A stretch of DNA of 32,000 nucleotides. Source: Candidatus Hadarchaeota archaeon. Lineage in GTDB: Archaea; Hadarchaeota; Hadarchaeia; Hadarchaeales; Hadarchaeaceae. Shown piece after piece: positions 24,384 to 32,000 of this stretch. A program made the position numbers and the translations under genes. Within the stretch, counting starts at the first letter, position 1; each line of letters opens with the position of its first letter. Location: NCBI GenBank assembly GCA_964514965.1, contig CAZETV010000002.1:213057-245056 (forward strand), in the 5' to 3' direction. The notes beneath the pieces were generated by a model, which was given only the letters and a program-made list of their open reading frames with translations, was not told where the DNA came from and did not search any database.

Positions 24384-26204
24384 ATGGTCGAATACAAGTG
24401 GGTCGCCCTCTCCAACACCACCCTGGGCGTGCTGATGGCCACGATAAACGGATCGATAACCCTGATCTCTCTGCCAGCGATATTTCGCGGGATTAACATC
24501 GACCCCCTCACATCTTTTCAGTACCTGTTGTGGATTCTCTTCGGCTACAGTATCGTCACGGCCTCCTTGCTCGTCATGTTCGGACGGATATCCGACATGT
24601 ACGGGAGGGTGAAGCTGTACAACATGGGGTTCTTAATCTTCACGGCAGGTTCCATACTCCTGTACTTTACTCCAAGCGGCGGAGACCTCGGAGCATTAGA
24701 AATAATCTTCTTCAGGATAGTGCAAGGACTGGGCGCCGCCTTCCTCTTTGCCAACAGCGCGGCAATTATCACCGATGCCTTCCCCTTCAACGAACGTGGT
24801 AAAGCCTTGGGCATAAACCAAGTAGCAGCAATGATCGGCTCCATCGCGGGGCTCATCCTGGGCGGAATCCTGGCGGCCTTCGACTGGCGTTACGTCTTTC
24901 TCGTCAGCGTGCCCGTTGGTATTTTCGGGACAATCTGGTCGTACCGGAAGCTCAGGGAGCTCGCTGCGATACGGAAGAACCAAAAGCTCGACCTCTTGGG
25001 CAACGCCCTGTGGGGTACGGGTCTCACCGTGATCCTGCTGGGGGTGACGTACGGGTTGATCCCGTACGGAGGCTCAACCATGGGCTGGGGCAACCCCTGG
25101 GTAATCACCGCGCTCATATTCGGCGTTGCGCTGCTGGTGGCGTTTCCCTTCGTAGAGGCCAGGGTAAAGGATCCGATGTTTAGGCTGGGGCTGTTCAGGA
25201 ACAGGATGTTCAGCGCCGCAAATTTCGCCGGGATGCTTGCAGCCATCGGCAGAGGAGGGGTCATGATCATGCTGATAATACTGCTACAGGGAATATGGCT
25301 CCCGCTCCACGGATACAGCTATGAATCGACGCCCTTCTGGTCCGGCATATACATGCTGCCCCTGTTGGCTGGTTTTGTTGTCATGGGACCGCTGAGCGGC
25401 TGGCTCTCGGACAGATACGGTGCCCGGGGCCTCTCCACGCTTGGGATGCTGATCACGGCGGTCACCTTTTTCGCGCTCGCGGCCCTTCCTTACAACTTCG
25501 ACTATTTGCCCTTCGGCGTGATCCTCTTCGTGCAGGGTATCGGGGGTGGGATGTTTGCGTCTCCAAACACGGCATCGATCATGAACTCCGTTCCCGGAGA
25601 ACACCGCGGCGCCGCTTCGGGGATGAGGGCGACACTCCAGAACACAGCGACGACGGTGAGCCAGGCGCTGTTCTTCACCATCGTGATTTTCACCCTCGCC
25701 AACAACCTGCCCAGCGCCTTCTCGGCCGCCTTCACGAGTGCCGGCGTGCCCCAGCTCGGTTCGGTCTTCGCCCAGACTCCGCCGACCGGGGCTCTCTTCG
25801 CTGCCTTCCTCGGCTACAACCCTGTCGGCAGCATCGTCTCGCAGCTCTTGCTCAACCAGAGCACGGCCTCGTTGGTGTCGTCTATTCCGCCGCAGACCCT
25901 GAGCTACCTGACGGGCAACACTTTCTTCCCGACCGCGATCGCCCCTCCGTTTATGGGCGCACTGAGTTTCGCCTTCTACGTCGGCCTTGGCCTCTCCGTT
26001 GCGGCCGCGGTCTCGTCCCTTTTCCGTGGCAGGGTTTACATATACAAAAAGGAGGTGACTGTCGCCCCCAAGCCTCCCGTCCTTCCGCCGATAACGGGGC
26101 AGGAAAGCGATGCTCAAAACCTGAGCGGCAAAGGAGATATGCGAAAGGCCCCCCGTGGCGCGATTGGATTAGAACCTTCGCCGCGCAAGGAGGGGGATGA
26201 CTAA
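24384..26204 (+). CDS. MFS transporter, DHA2 (EmrB/QacA-like, 14-TMS) type
   Basis: 606 aa, highly hydrophobic. MFS motif [13 protein letters not shown] after TM2 and [21 protein letters not shown] lies upstream of the ATG. The C-terminal tail is hydrophilic and Pro-rich. Confidence 0.85.
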   Translation: MVEYKWVALSNTTLGVLMATINGSITLISLPAIFRGINIDPLTSFQYLLWILFGYSIVTASLLVMFGRISDMYGRVKLYNMGFLIFTAGSILLYFTPSGGDLGALEIIFFRIVQGLGAAFLFANSAAIITDAFPFNERGKALGINQVAAMIGSIAGLILGGILAAFDWRYVFLVSVPVGIFGTIWSYRKLRELAAIRKNQKLDLLGNALWGTGLTVILLGVTYGLIPYGGSTMGWGNPWVITALIFGVALLVAFPFVEARVKDPMFRLGLFRNRMFSAANFAGMLAAIGRGGVMIMLIILLQGIWLPLHGYSYESTPFWSGIYMLPLLAGFVVMGPLSGWLSDRYGARGLSTLGMLITAVTFFALAALPYNFDYLPFGVILFVQGIGGGMFASPNTASIMNSVPGEHRGAASGMRATLQNTATTVSQALFFTIVIFTLANNLPSAFSAAFTSAGVPQLGSVFAQTPPTGALFAAFLGYNPVGSIVSQLLLNQSTASLVSSIPPQTLSYLTGNTFFPTAIAPPFMGALSFAFYVGLGLSVAAAVSSLFRGRVYIYKKEVTVAPKPPVLPPITGQESDAQNLSGKGDMRKAPRGAIGLEPSPRKEGDD

Positions 26205-26517
26205 TTGAGTCAACAAGTCTACAATTATTACTCTAGACGGATTGAGGAGCGTTTACGCCAACGCGAACATGAACATCAGGCAACGGCCCGCAATCTCCAA
26301 GATAGACCAGCTGAAAGTTTTCGCTCAAGGCCTGGGGTTGAATCCCGATCAGATCATCATGTCCGGCGCATTGGCAGAACCACACAGGGCCATAGTGACT
26401 CCGGGCGACTTGGAGGCTTGGCAGGTACAAACCCTATCCTCGGCTCTGAAGGAAACCCTCAAAAACGAGATTATTTCCGAGCTATCGTTTGGGTCCAAAG
26501 GTATATGGTTAGAGGAA

Positions 26518-26613
26518 TGGGCCCGAAGGGATTCGAACCCTTGACCACTCGGTTATGAGCTTCGCCCAACTTAAGCAGCTGTCGAGCGCTCTAACCAGCT
26601 GAGCTACGGGCCC
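26518..26613 (-). tRNA. tRNA-Met (anticodon CAT; Ile2-type CAU not excluded) with a 22-nt intron at a non-canonical site in the 5' strand of the anticodon stem (about 26561..26582)
   Basis: Reverse complement: GGGCCCGTAGCTCAGCTGGTTAGAGCGCTCG[ACAGCTGCTTAAGTTGGGCGAA]GCTCATAACCGAGTGGTCAAGGGTTCGAATCCCTTCGGGCCCA. Only after removing the bracketed 22 nt does the stem CTCGG/CCGAG with loop CTCATAA form. No CCA is encoded. Confidence 0.85.
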
Positions 26614-26697
26614 TGTACCAACTTCTCTAAGGATTGATTAAAACATTTGCTAAACAATATTAAAATGGAATCGCACGAATTATTATAAGGTGGAGAC

Positions 26698-27684
26698 TTG
26701 GCTGTAAAAATTCTATCTCACGGCGACACCGATGGCGTATGTTCAGCAGCCCTCGCTAAGGCGCGCTTTCCCAATGCAGAAGTTTGGTTCACCCGCCCGA
26801 TAACACTCTTGCGCGACCTCAACACAATTAACATCGGCAACGTAGTTTTCATTTCAGATATCGCAATAAGCGAGACCCATAAAGAGGAGATATTCAAGCG
26901 CATGCGTGAACTTGCGCAGAAGGATGAAGTCATCTACATCGACCACCACCCGCTCCCCCCCAATACTCTGAAGAGGGACATCCCGGCCACGCAGTCTGCT
27001 CATGAGATAGGCACGAGTGCTTCGGAGATTACCTTCCGATTTTTTAAATCAGACATAAACCCAGATTTGGACCGAGTCGCATTGTGGGGCGCGATTGCCG
27101 ATTACTGCGAAGAGACCGAGTTCGTGCGCGATGGAATGAGCAAGTACGACAGGCGAACAATCTACATGGAGGCAGGGCTGCTTACCCAAGCGCTGGGCGA
27201 GGCTGCAGGCGATTATCACTACAAACGCGATGTTGCACTCAAGCTAGCGCGGGGCGACCCCCCAACGGAAATCCCAGAAATTGTCGACCGGGCAATTAAA
27301 GCAACGAAACGTGAGTGGGAGGTATGGCGGTACGTCAAGGAACATGTAATACGTGAGGGGAATATTGCGATTATCTATGACTTGCCCTCCGGCAGCCTCG
27401 GGAAAGCGGCGCTCTACGCGCTGGGAACGACTGGCGCTAATGTTGGAATTTGCACCCGAAAAGACGACGACGAGATAGACGTGAGCATGCGGCGCCGGGC
27501 AGGGGCAAAGATCGACCTTAACGAGATGCTCCGCCACATCACCGCTCGCGTAGGAGGCTCTGGAGGTGGGCACGAAGGAGCCGCTGGTGCGACTATTCCG
27601 GCCGACCTCTTTGACTCTTTCTTGGATACAATTAAGAAAGAAATCTCGCCTGTGATAAGCAGGAACTTTACACTCAAGAGATAG
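26698..27684 (+). CDS. DHH-family phosphoesterase (RecJ/NrnA-like, DHH plus DHHA1)
   Basis: 328 aa: SHGDTDGVCSAAL, FISDIA, IDHHP, GGSGGGHEGAAGA. TTG start preceded by AAGGTGGAG. Confidence 0.8.
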   Translation: MAVKILSHGDTDGVCSAALAKARFPNAEVWFTRPITLLRDLNTINIGNVVFISDIAISETHKEEIFKRMRELAQKDEVIYIDHHPLPPNTLKRDIPATQSAHEIGTSASEITFRFFKSDINPDLDRVALWGAIADYCEETEFVRDGMSKYDRRTIYMEAGLLTQALGEAAGDYHYKRDVALKLARGDPPTEIPEIVDRAIKATKREWEVWRYVKEHVIREGNIAIIYDLPSGSLGKAALYALGTTGANVGICTRKDDDEIDVSMRRRAGAKIDLNEMLRHITARVGGSGGGHEGAAGATIPADLFDSFLDTIKKEISPVISRNFTLKR

Positions 27685-27766
27685 CTAGAACAAATCTACC
27701 TCAATAATTCTCTAGGCCTAACCATCACAACAATGCGTGAGCCTTCTCGTGCTAGATACTTTGTGG

Positions 27767-27929
27767 CGCCGGGGAGAGGACTCGAACCTCTGACCGCCTG
27801 GTCGCTGTACACAAGCATGTCGTCCCCGGTAATTGAGGTTCGTTCTTCATCCATGCCAGGTTTAACAGCCAGGCGCGTTCGGCAGGCGCAGAATTAACTG
27901 TAGCCTACTACCTACTGCGCCACCCCGGC
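27767..27929 (-). tRNA. tRNA-Asn (anticodon GTT) with a 60-nt intron at canonical 37/38 (27803..27862) and about 30 nt of additional intron sequence in the D-arm (about 27879..27908; one or two introns); CCA encoded (27764..27766)
   Basis: The reverse complement is 163 nt. Acceptor GCCGGGG/CCCCGGC with discriminator G, D-stem GCGC, anticodon stem CCTGG/CCAGG, loop CTGTTA|A, variable CGGTC, T-arm AGAGG-TTCGAGT-CCTCT. 163 minus a 73-nt mature cloverleaf leaves 90 nt of intervening sequence. Confidence 0.8.
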
Positions 27930-28036
27930 GCCGTAGGATATATCCCAACTTTAAACATATAAGGCATCTTTAAATATCTCGGGGATTGTTGGAACCGATC
28001 ATTTAAACCATTTTTACATTCTTTGAGCTTGCCGCT

Positions 28037-28792
28037 TCAAATTTCCAGTATCGCCTTCCGGCACATCTTTCTAAAAGTTACTCTGAGATTTACTTTATTA
28101 TCAAAATTCTTAGCTTTTTTGCGCAGCCTCGCCCGCGGCTGATACGACAAACACTCAGCCGTTTTTATTAGAAGTGGCATAGCACGAACTATATTGTCAA
28201 CAATCGTAATGTCCGCCGCCCGTGCAGTCCTTGACAACGGATTCAGGTCAATCGCAATGATGTGTTTTCCGAGTTTTTTCAAAGTGTCCGTTCGATCGCC
28301 ATCCTCGAGCGGAACTAGAACGACATCCGCAACAGCGATTCCCCTCCGGTCAACTTTCCTTCGATCACTATAGATCTCATTTATCCGAATCGAGAACTTT
28401 TTACCAGACCCGAGCACCTCTTTTACTCCATGTTTTCGCAACCATCGGGCTATTGCTGCCTCACGTTTTATTGAACCATGAAATAGATTGACCTCGACTT
28501 TCGCGTTTGTTACTTTCGCCAGTTTTGCAATATCTTCCGGCACGAGCGCCGCTACGTTGCCGTTCACAGAGATTACAGGATGTTTTGCCAAGAGGAGCAT
28601 TGCAGCCGCGGCCTCGATAGCGTGTCGGGCGTGCTTGGTCGTTTGTTCGCCCAGCATATAGTCGAACGCCTCACCCCGACCGTGCGCCGCCAGTCCCTCA
28701 GGTACAACTAATCCAGCATTGAATCCATCGACGAGCCGCTCACGAATGCGTAAAGACTCCGCGCGAGGATGCAAAGGAGAAACTTTGCTCAT
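28037..28792 (-). CDS. Archaeal phosphopantothenate synthetase (4-phosphopantoate--beta-alanine ligase, COG1701 family)
   Basis: 251 aa: HPRAESLRIRERLVDG, GLAAHGRGEAFDYMLGE, PVISVNGNVAAL, VEVNLFH, IAIDLNPLSRTA. This is the pattern I recall for this archaeal CoA-pathway family. Confidence 0.7.
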   Translation of the reverse strand: MSKVSPLHPRAESLRIRERLVDGFNAGLVVPEGLAAHGRGEAFDYMLGEQTTKHARHAIEAAAAMLLLAKHPVISVNGNVAALVPEDIAKLAKVTNAKVEVNLFHGSIKREAAIARWLRKHGVKEVLGSGKKFSIRINEIYSDRRKVDRRGIAVADVVLVPLEDGDRTDTLKKLGKHIIAIDLNPLSRTARAADITIVDNIVRAMPLLIKTAECLSYQPRARLRKKAKNFDNKVNLRVTFRKMCRKAILEI

Positions 28793-28872
28793 CTGATCAT
28801 CGATAAATTTCCCCTCGTTCGTTTAAATCTGACTATGAAAAGCTTTTTTGGGCAGGCAAAACCATCTCAAAA

Positions 28873-29550
28873 GTGATGATCATGCGCCCTCATCCTCTTA
28901 TCATTGTCCCCCTTTTCTTGGCCGTGATCGCTTTGGTAATAACGAGTGGTACGAGTGGATATCTCCTGCCTCTCGCAGCGGGGTTGTCGGTCGCGACTGT
29001 GTTCCTTGCATTCGCCGTGATCTTCCAGTATACGAGACCGCCCCCCGATGTCAAACAAGTCCCAGTCGAGAATTTCTACCTCTGGGCAGATATCGGTGAG
29101 TCCGGAGCGGAACTTAGTCGGCTCAGCCTTGGAGATGTCGAAGCAGCGACGCGCATAGTTAGTGCTGATCTCAGCGCTCTCTCCTCAAACGCGGACCTTC
29201 TCAATGCTCGCATTTCCCTGCTCCTTGGTAGAGAAGGATTCGAGGAATTGACGCGAGAGAAGTTTAACTTGCAAACCGAAAAACTTTCCGAGGACCTCCG
29301 CGGAATCACCAGACAACTGAAGAAAGAATTTCAAGCTGAAATATTGAGCTCAATCGAACAGTGTGCTTCTCAGGCCGATCGAATCGCGAACAAACTTTAC
29401 GATTTCCAGCGAGGAAAGTCGGAAGTAATCCACACTTATGCCGAACCTCTGCGCAGGGCTGCAGAAAAACTTTCCAGCGACCTGAGACTCGCCTTCGTGA
29501 ATATTTCAAATTTCATGAAAAGCTCACAGGCTGGATTTGAGAGTTCTTAG
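28873..29550 (+). CDS. Hypothetical membrane protein (two N-terminal TM helices plus a long helical/coiled-coil C-terminal region)
   Basis: 225 aa. Hydrophobic N-terminus (LIIVPLFLAVIALVI; LLPLAAGLSVATVFLAFAVIF), then heptad-like charged sequence. It ends 11 nt before the EF-1alpha start. No family is recognised. Confidence 0.5.
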   Translation: MMIMRPHPLIIVPLFLAVIALVITSGTSGYLLPLAAGLSVATVFLAFAVIFQYTRPPPDVKQVPVENFYLWADIGESGAELSRLSLGDVEAATRIVSADLSALSSNADLLNARISLLLGREGFEELTREKFNLQTEKLSEDLRGITRQLKKEFQAEILSSIEQCASQADRIANKLYDFQRGKSEVIHTYAEPLRRAAEKLSSDLRLAFVNISNFMKSSQAGFESS

Positions 29551-29561
29551 AGGGATCGTTC

Positions 29562-30806
29562 ATGGCGAAGCCGCACGTAAACTTGGTATTTATCGGTCAT
29601 GTCGACCACGGGAAGTCCACACTTATTGGCAAGCTACTCATTGAGCTTGGCGTAGTCTCAGAGAAGGAAATCAGTGAAGATGCGGGAAGTTTCAAGTTTG
29701 CGTGGGTGATGGACCGCGAGAAAGAGGAGCGCGACCGAGGACTGACAATCGATGTGGCTTACCGTAAGCTTGAGACTTCCAAGAATTACATCACTATAAT
29801 CGACGCACCTGGACACCGAGATTTTGTGAAAAATATGATTACTGGGGCAAGCCAAGCCGACGCAGCGGTGCTCGTGGTCGCGGCTGACGATGGAATCATG
29901 CCCCAGACGCGGGAGCACGCGGCGCTCGCGTTCACTCTTGGTGTGGGACAGCTCATTGTGGCGATAAACAAGATGGACCTCGTAAATTACGACGAGGCGG
30001 CCTACGATAAATTGAAGGAAGATTTAGTCACGCTGCTAGGCGGTATAGGATATCGTAACGCAAGCGATTTTATTTACATACCAATCTCCGCTTTCCACGG
30101 AGAAAACGTGGCAAAGGCTAGCTCGAAGATGCCTTGGTACAACGGTCCTAATTTGCTCCAAGGGCTGGAAACGTTCACCGAGCCTGAGAAACCAATCGAC
30201 AAGCCCCTTAGAATTCCCATACAAGATGTCTTTTCAGTCACAGGTGTTGGAACCGTACCCATAGGGCGGGTCGAAACCGGAGTACTAAAGATCGGTGATT
30301 CCATTGTGTTCGAGCCCTCGGGAAAGAGCGGTGAGGTTCGATCAATCGAGATGCACCACGAATCCATGCAAAAAGCCATGCCCGGCGACAATATAGGCTT
30401 CAACGTTCGCGGTGTTTCAAAGGCAGACGTGAAGCGGGGCGATGTTGCCGGACATCCTGACAGACCCCCCACTGTCGCGAGCGAGTTCACCGCAAAAATC
30501 ATTGTGCTCGCAGTGCCCACTGATCTCACTCCTGGTTTCGTGCCGTTATTCCATTGCCACTCCGCACATGCTCCCGGGAGGTTTGAAGAGATTATCCAAA
30601 AAATAGACCCGCGCACGGGAGCAGTGGTTGAAGAGAGACCTAAGGCACTGCGAAAAGGCGATGCAGGTCTCGTTCGCGTGGTTCTGAATAAGCCCATCGT
30701 GATTGAGCGCACCAGCGATATCCCCGAGCTAAGCAGGTTCGCGGTTCGCCACGGGGGGCAAACAATTGCGGCGGGGATGTGTGTCGACCTAACGCCAGCA
30801 AAGTGA
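29562..30806 (+). CDS. tuf: Translation elongation factor aEF-1alpha (EF-Tu family GTPase), somewhat short and divergent
   Basis: 414 aa. G1 GHVDHGKS, G2 RGLTI, G3 DAPGH, G4 NKMD, G5 SAF. Domains II/III are conserved (DKPLRIPIQDVFSVTGVGTVPIGRVETG, GDNIGFNVRG). Confidence 0.85.
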   Translation: MAKPHVNLVFIGHVDHGKSTLIGKLLIELGVVSEKEISEDAGSFKFAWVMDREKEERDRGLTIDVAYRKLETSKNYITIIDAPGHRDFVKNMITGASQADAAVLVVAADDGIMPQTREHAALAFTLGVGQLIVAINKMDLVNYDEAAYDKLKEDLVTLLGGIGYRNASDFIYIPISAFHGENVAKASSKMPWYNGPNLLQGLETFTEPEKPIDKPLRIPIQDVFSVTGVGTVPIGRVETGVLKIGDSIVFEPSGKSGEVRSIEMHHESMQKAMPGDNIGFNVRGVSKADVKRGDVAGHPDRPPTVASEFTAKIIVLAVPTDLTPGFVPLFHCHSAHAPGRFEEIIQKIDPRTGAVVEERPKALRKGDAGLVRVVLNKPIVIERTSDIPELSRFAVRHGGQTIAAGMCVDLTPAK

Positions 30807-30820
30807 ACAAAAGCGTATGC

Positions 30821-31642
30821 CTAAAGCTTCGGAATTTCTGGCATGCTGAGCTTGTGGGTTATTCGCCGTTCTCGCTCGATGAAGCGGTTTACATCCTCAA
30901 CCTTAATGTCTGCCGCACCAGCTATTACATCCGGCTCCAATCCAAGGTCAAGCCCAGCATAAATTATGTCGAGTTTTTCGTATGATATGCCGAGCTCCTC
31001 CTCATCTGTCTGTCCCCGCCAAAGGCCAGCTGAGGGCGCATTTTCAACTATCCACTTCGGCACTTTCAGATGCGCTGCGAGCTGTCTAACCTGCGTCTTG
31101 TAAATGCAACCGAGCGGCATTATATCGACCGCTCCATCCCCGTGTTTAGTGAAATATCCAGCCCGAAGCTCGCTCCGGTTGCCAGTCCCAACCACGAGGC
31201 TGTTGAGCAGGTTTGCATAATAGTAGAGAATCGTCATTCGCACTCGAGGTTTGACGTTGGCCGCTGGGATGCGCGCGCCAATCCTAAAATCGTATAAGTT
31301 TTGGTGTATCCCCAACACTGCTGGAGTGATATCAACTACTCTAAATTTTATACCCAACCTGTTCGAGATGTCATGAGCGTCGGCAACATCTCGAGGATTT
31401 GTGACTCCCGCCTCTGGCATGCAGACCCCTAAGACATTAGGTTTGCCCAAAGCTTTTTCGCAAAGGATAGCCACTACAGATGAGTCTAAACCCCCGCTGA
31501 GCCCTACCACCGCACCATCAGCCCCAGCTTCCCTGATTTTTCGCTTGATGAATGCGACGAGTTTTCGCTCCACGGCAGGAAGGTTTATTTTAAGTGAACG
31601 CTTAATCAGCTTCGTGACGTCCTTTTTGGTCATCTGTGTCAC
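30821..31642 (-). CDS. nadE: NH3-dependent NAD+ synthetase
   Basis: 273 aa. PP-loop GLSGGLDSS, GTGNRSE, YFTKHGDG, GQTDEEELG. There is no N-terminal glutaminase (CN-hydrolase) domain. Confidence 0.9.
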   Translation of the reverse strand: MTQMTKKDVTKLIKRSLKINLPAVERKLVAFIKRKIREAGADGAVVGLSGGLDSSVVAILCEKALGKPNVLGVCMPEAGVTNPRDVADAHDISNRLGIKFRVVDITPAVLGIHQNLYDFRIGARIPAANVKPRVRMTILYYYANLLNSLVVGTGNRSELRAGYFTKHGDGAVDIMPLGCIYKTQVRQLAAHLKVPKWIVENAPSAGLWRGQTDEEELGISYEKLDIIYAGLDLGLEPDVIAGAADIKVEDVNRFIERERRITHKLSMPEIPKL

Positions 31643-31763
31643 TTTATTAAAGCGAATAAGTCTATAAACTACTTACTCTTGTCCTTCTTTTCCTCCTGTT
31701 CTTGACTTTGAATTCCGCCTTTTTACTCTGCCCGTCGCTTTGGCTTGGAAGCTGTTCCGGAGT

Positions 31764-32000
31764 TTACCGGCCACGCGCTCGAGGTGATGCAGTAAACGCG
31801 AGTTTCAAGGAGGGGAACCTCACGGACGGACGTAGCTCGAATTCAGAAGACTTGTTCTTAACCAGCCTCTCAACCTCCACTATGGACTTCCCGGTCCAGC
31901 GCCCTTTTCGTGGATTTCGGTGAAGGAATTTGTTTCGACCACTATCGGCTTTGTTGAATAAGTCTTCATCACCCCCTACTTTTGCAACACGATAGTGGCT
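31764..32000 (-). CDS. C-terminal 78 codons of an unidentified protein (gene runs off the right edge)
   Basis: Own translation of the minus strand is open from the window edge to TAA at 31766..31764: SHYRVAKVGGDEDLFNKADSGRNKFLHRNPRKGRWTGKSIVEVERLVKNKSSEFELRPSVRFPSLKLAFTASPRARGR. It looks more protein-like than the antisense track ORF 31702..31923. No family is recognised. Confidence 0.35.
   Translation of the reverse strand, partial: SHYRVAKVGGDEDLFNKADSGRNKFLHRNPRKGRWTGKSIVEVERLVKNKSSEFELRPSVRFPSLKLAFTASPRARGR

Noticed and set aside
25284-26117. 277-aa minus-strand ORF inside the MFS gene
   Set aside because: It is an Arg/Gly/Glu-rich shadow ORF of the kind typical for GC-rich coding DNA. 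The plus-strand MFS reading is strongly supported.
30074-30712. 212-aa antisense ORF within the EF-1alpha gene
   Set aside because: It is a shadow of a highly conserved plus-strand gene.
1-32000. CRISPR arrays, rRNA genes, long tandem repeats
   Set aside because: No regularly spaced direct repeats and no rRNA-like sequence were seen anywhere in the window.

Overview
Archaeal chromosomal segment. The archaeal markers are split archaeal-type glutamate synthase genes, NrpR regulators, Alba, aEF-1alpha, archaeal phosphopantothenate synthetase, and tRNA genes with canonical and non-canonical introns. All calls come from reading the sequence and the ORF track; no searches were run.

Layout:
- 1-15 kb: a compact nitrogen block holding glnA, a five-gene split GOGAT, and a run of glutamine amidotransferase enzymes (purF-like, carA, trpE/G-type, hisF/H, guaA). 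Each lacks its pathway partners. The block is bracketed by two paralogous nrpR genes, and a perfect palindrome sits in the nrpR/glnA divergent promoter.
- 15-16.4 kb: tRNA-Leu, a small Zn-ribbon ORF, a flavin reductase gene abutting tRNA-Glu, and tRNA-Glu itself (two introns).
- 16.4-18.2 kb: a decayed accessory patch. GC-rich, frameshifted YD/Rhs-repeat fragments are split by a RelE/Phd toxin-antitoxin cassette with a 52-bp duplication. The patch is bracketed by direct repeats resembling the 3' end of the tRNA-Met gene that lies 8.6 kb away.
- 18.2-19.3 kb: alba and an MBL-fold hydrolase.
- 19.4-26.2 kb: a compositionally mosaic region. It holds an IS110 transposase remnant, an AT-rich B12-radical SAM gene, then a GC-rich block (marR, stand-alone B12-binding domain gene, N-extended radical SAM/SPASM gene, a frameshifted dienelactone-hydrolase pseudogene, a DHA2-type MFS transporter).
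- 26.5-32 kb: tRNA-Met (non-canonical intron), DHH phosphoesterase, tRNA-Asn (60-nt intron plus about 30 nt extra in the D-arm), phosphopantothenate synthetase, a membrane/coiled-coil ORF coupled to an EF-1alpha gene, nadE, and a truncated ORF at the right edge.

No CRISPR array or rRNA was seen.

The candidates I rate highest for novelty are the NrpR-bracketed glutamine-user supercluster, the split B12-domain/SPASM radical SAM pair, and the YD-repeat/TA/tRNA-half mosaic.
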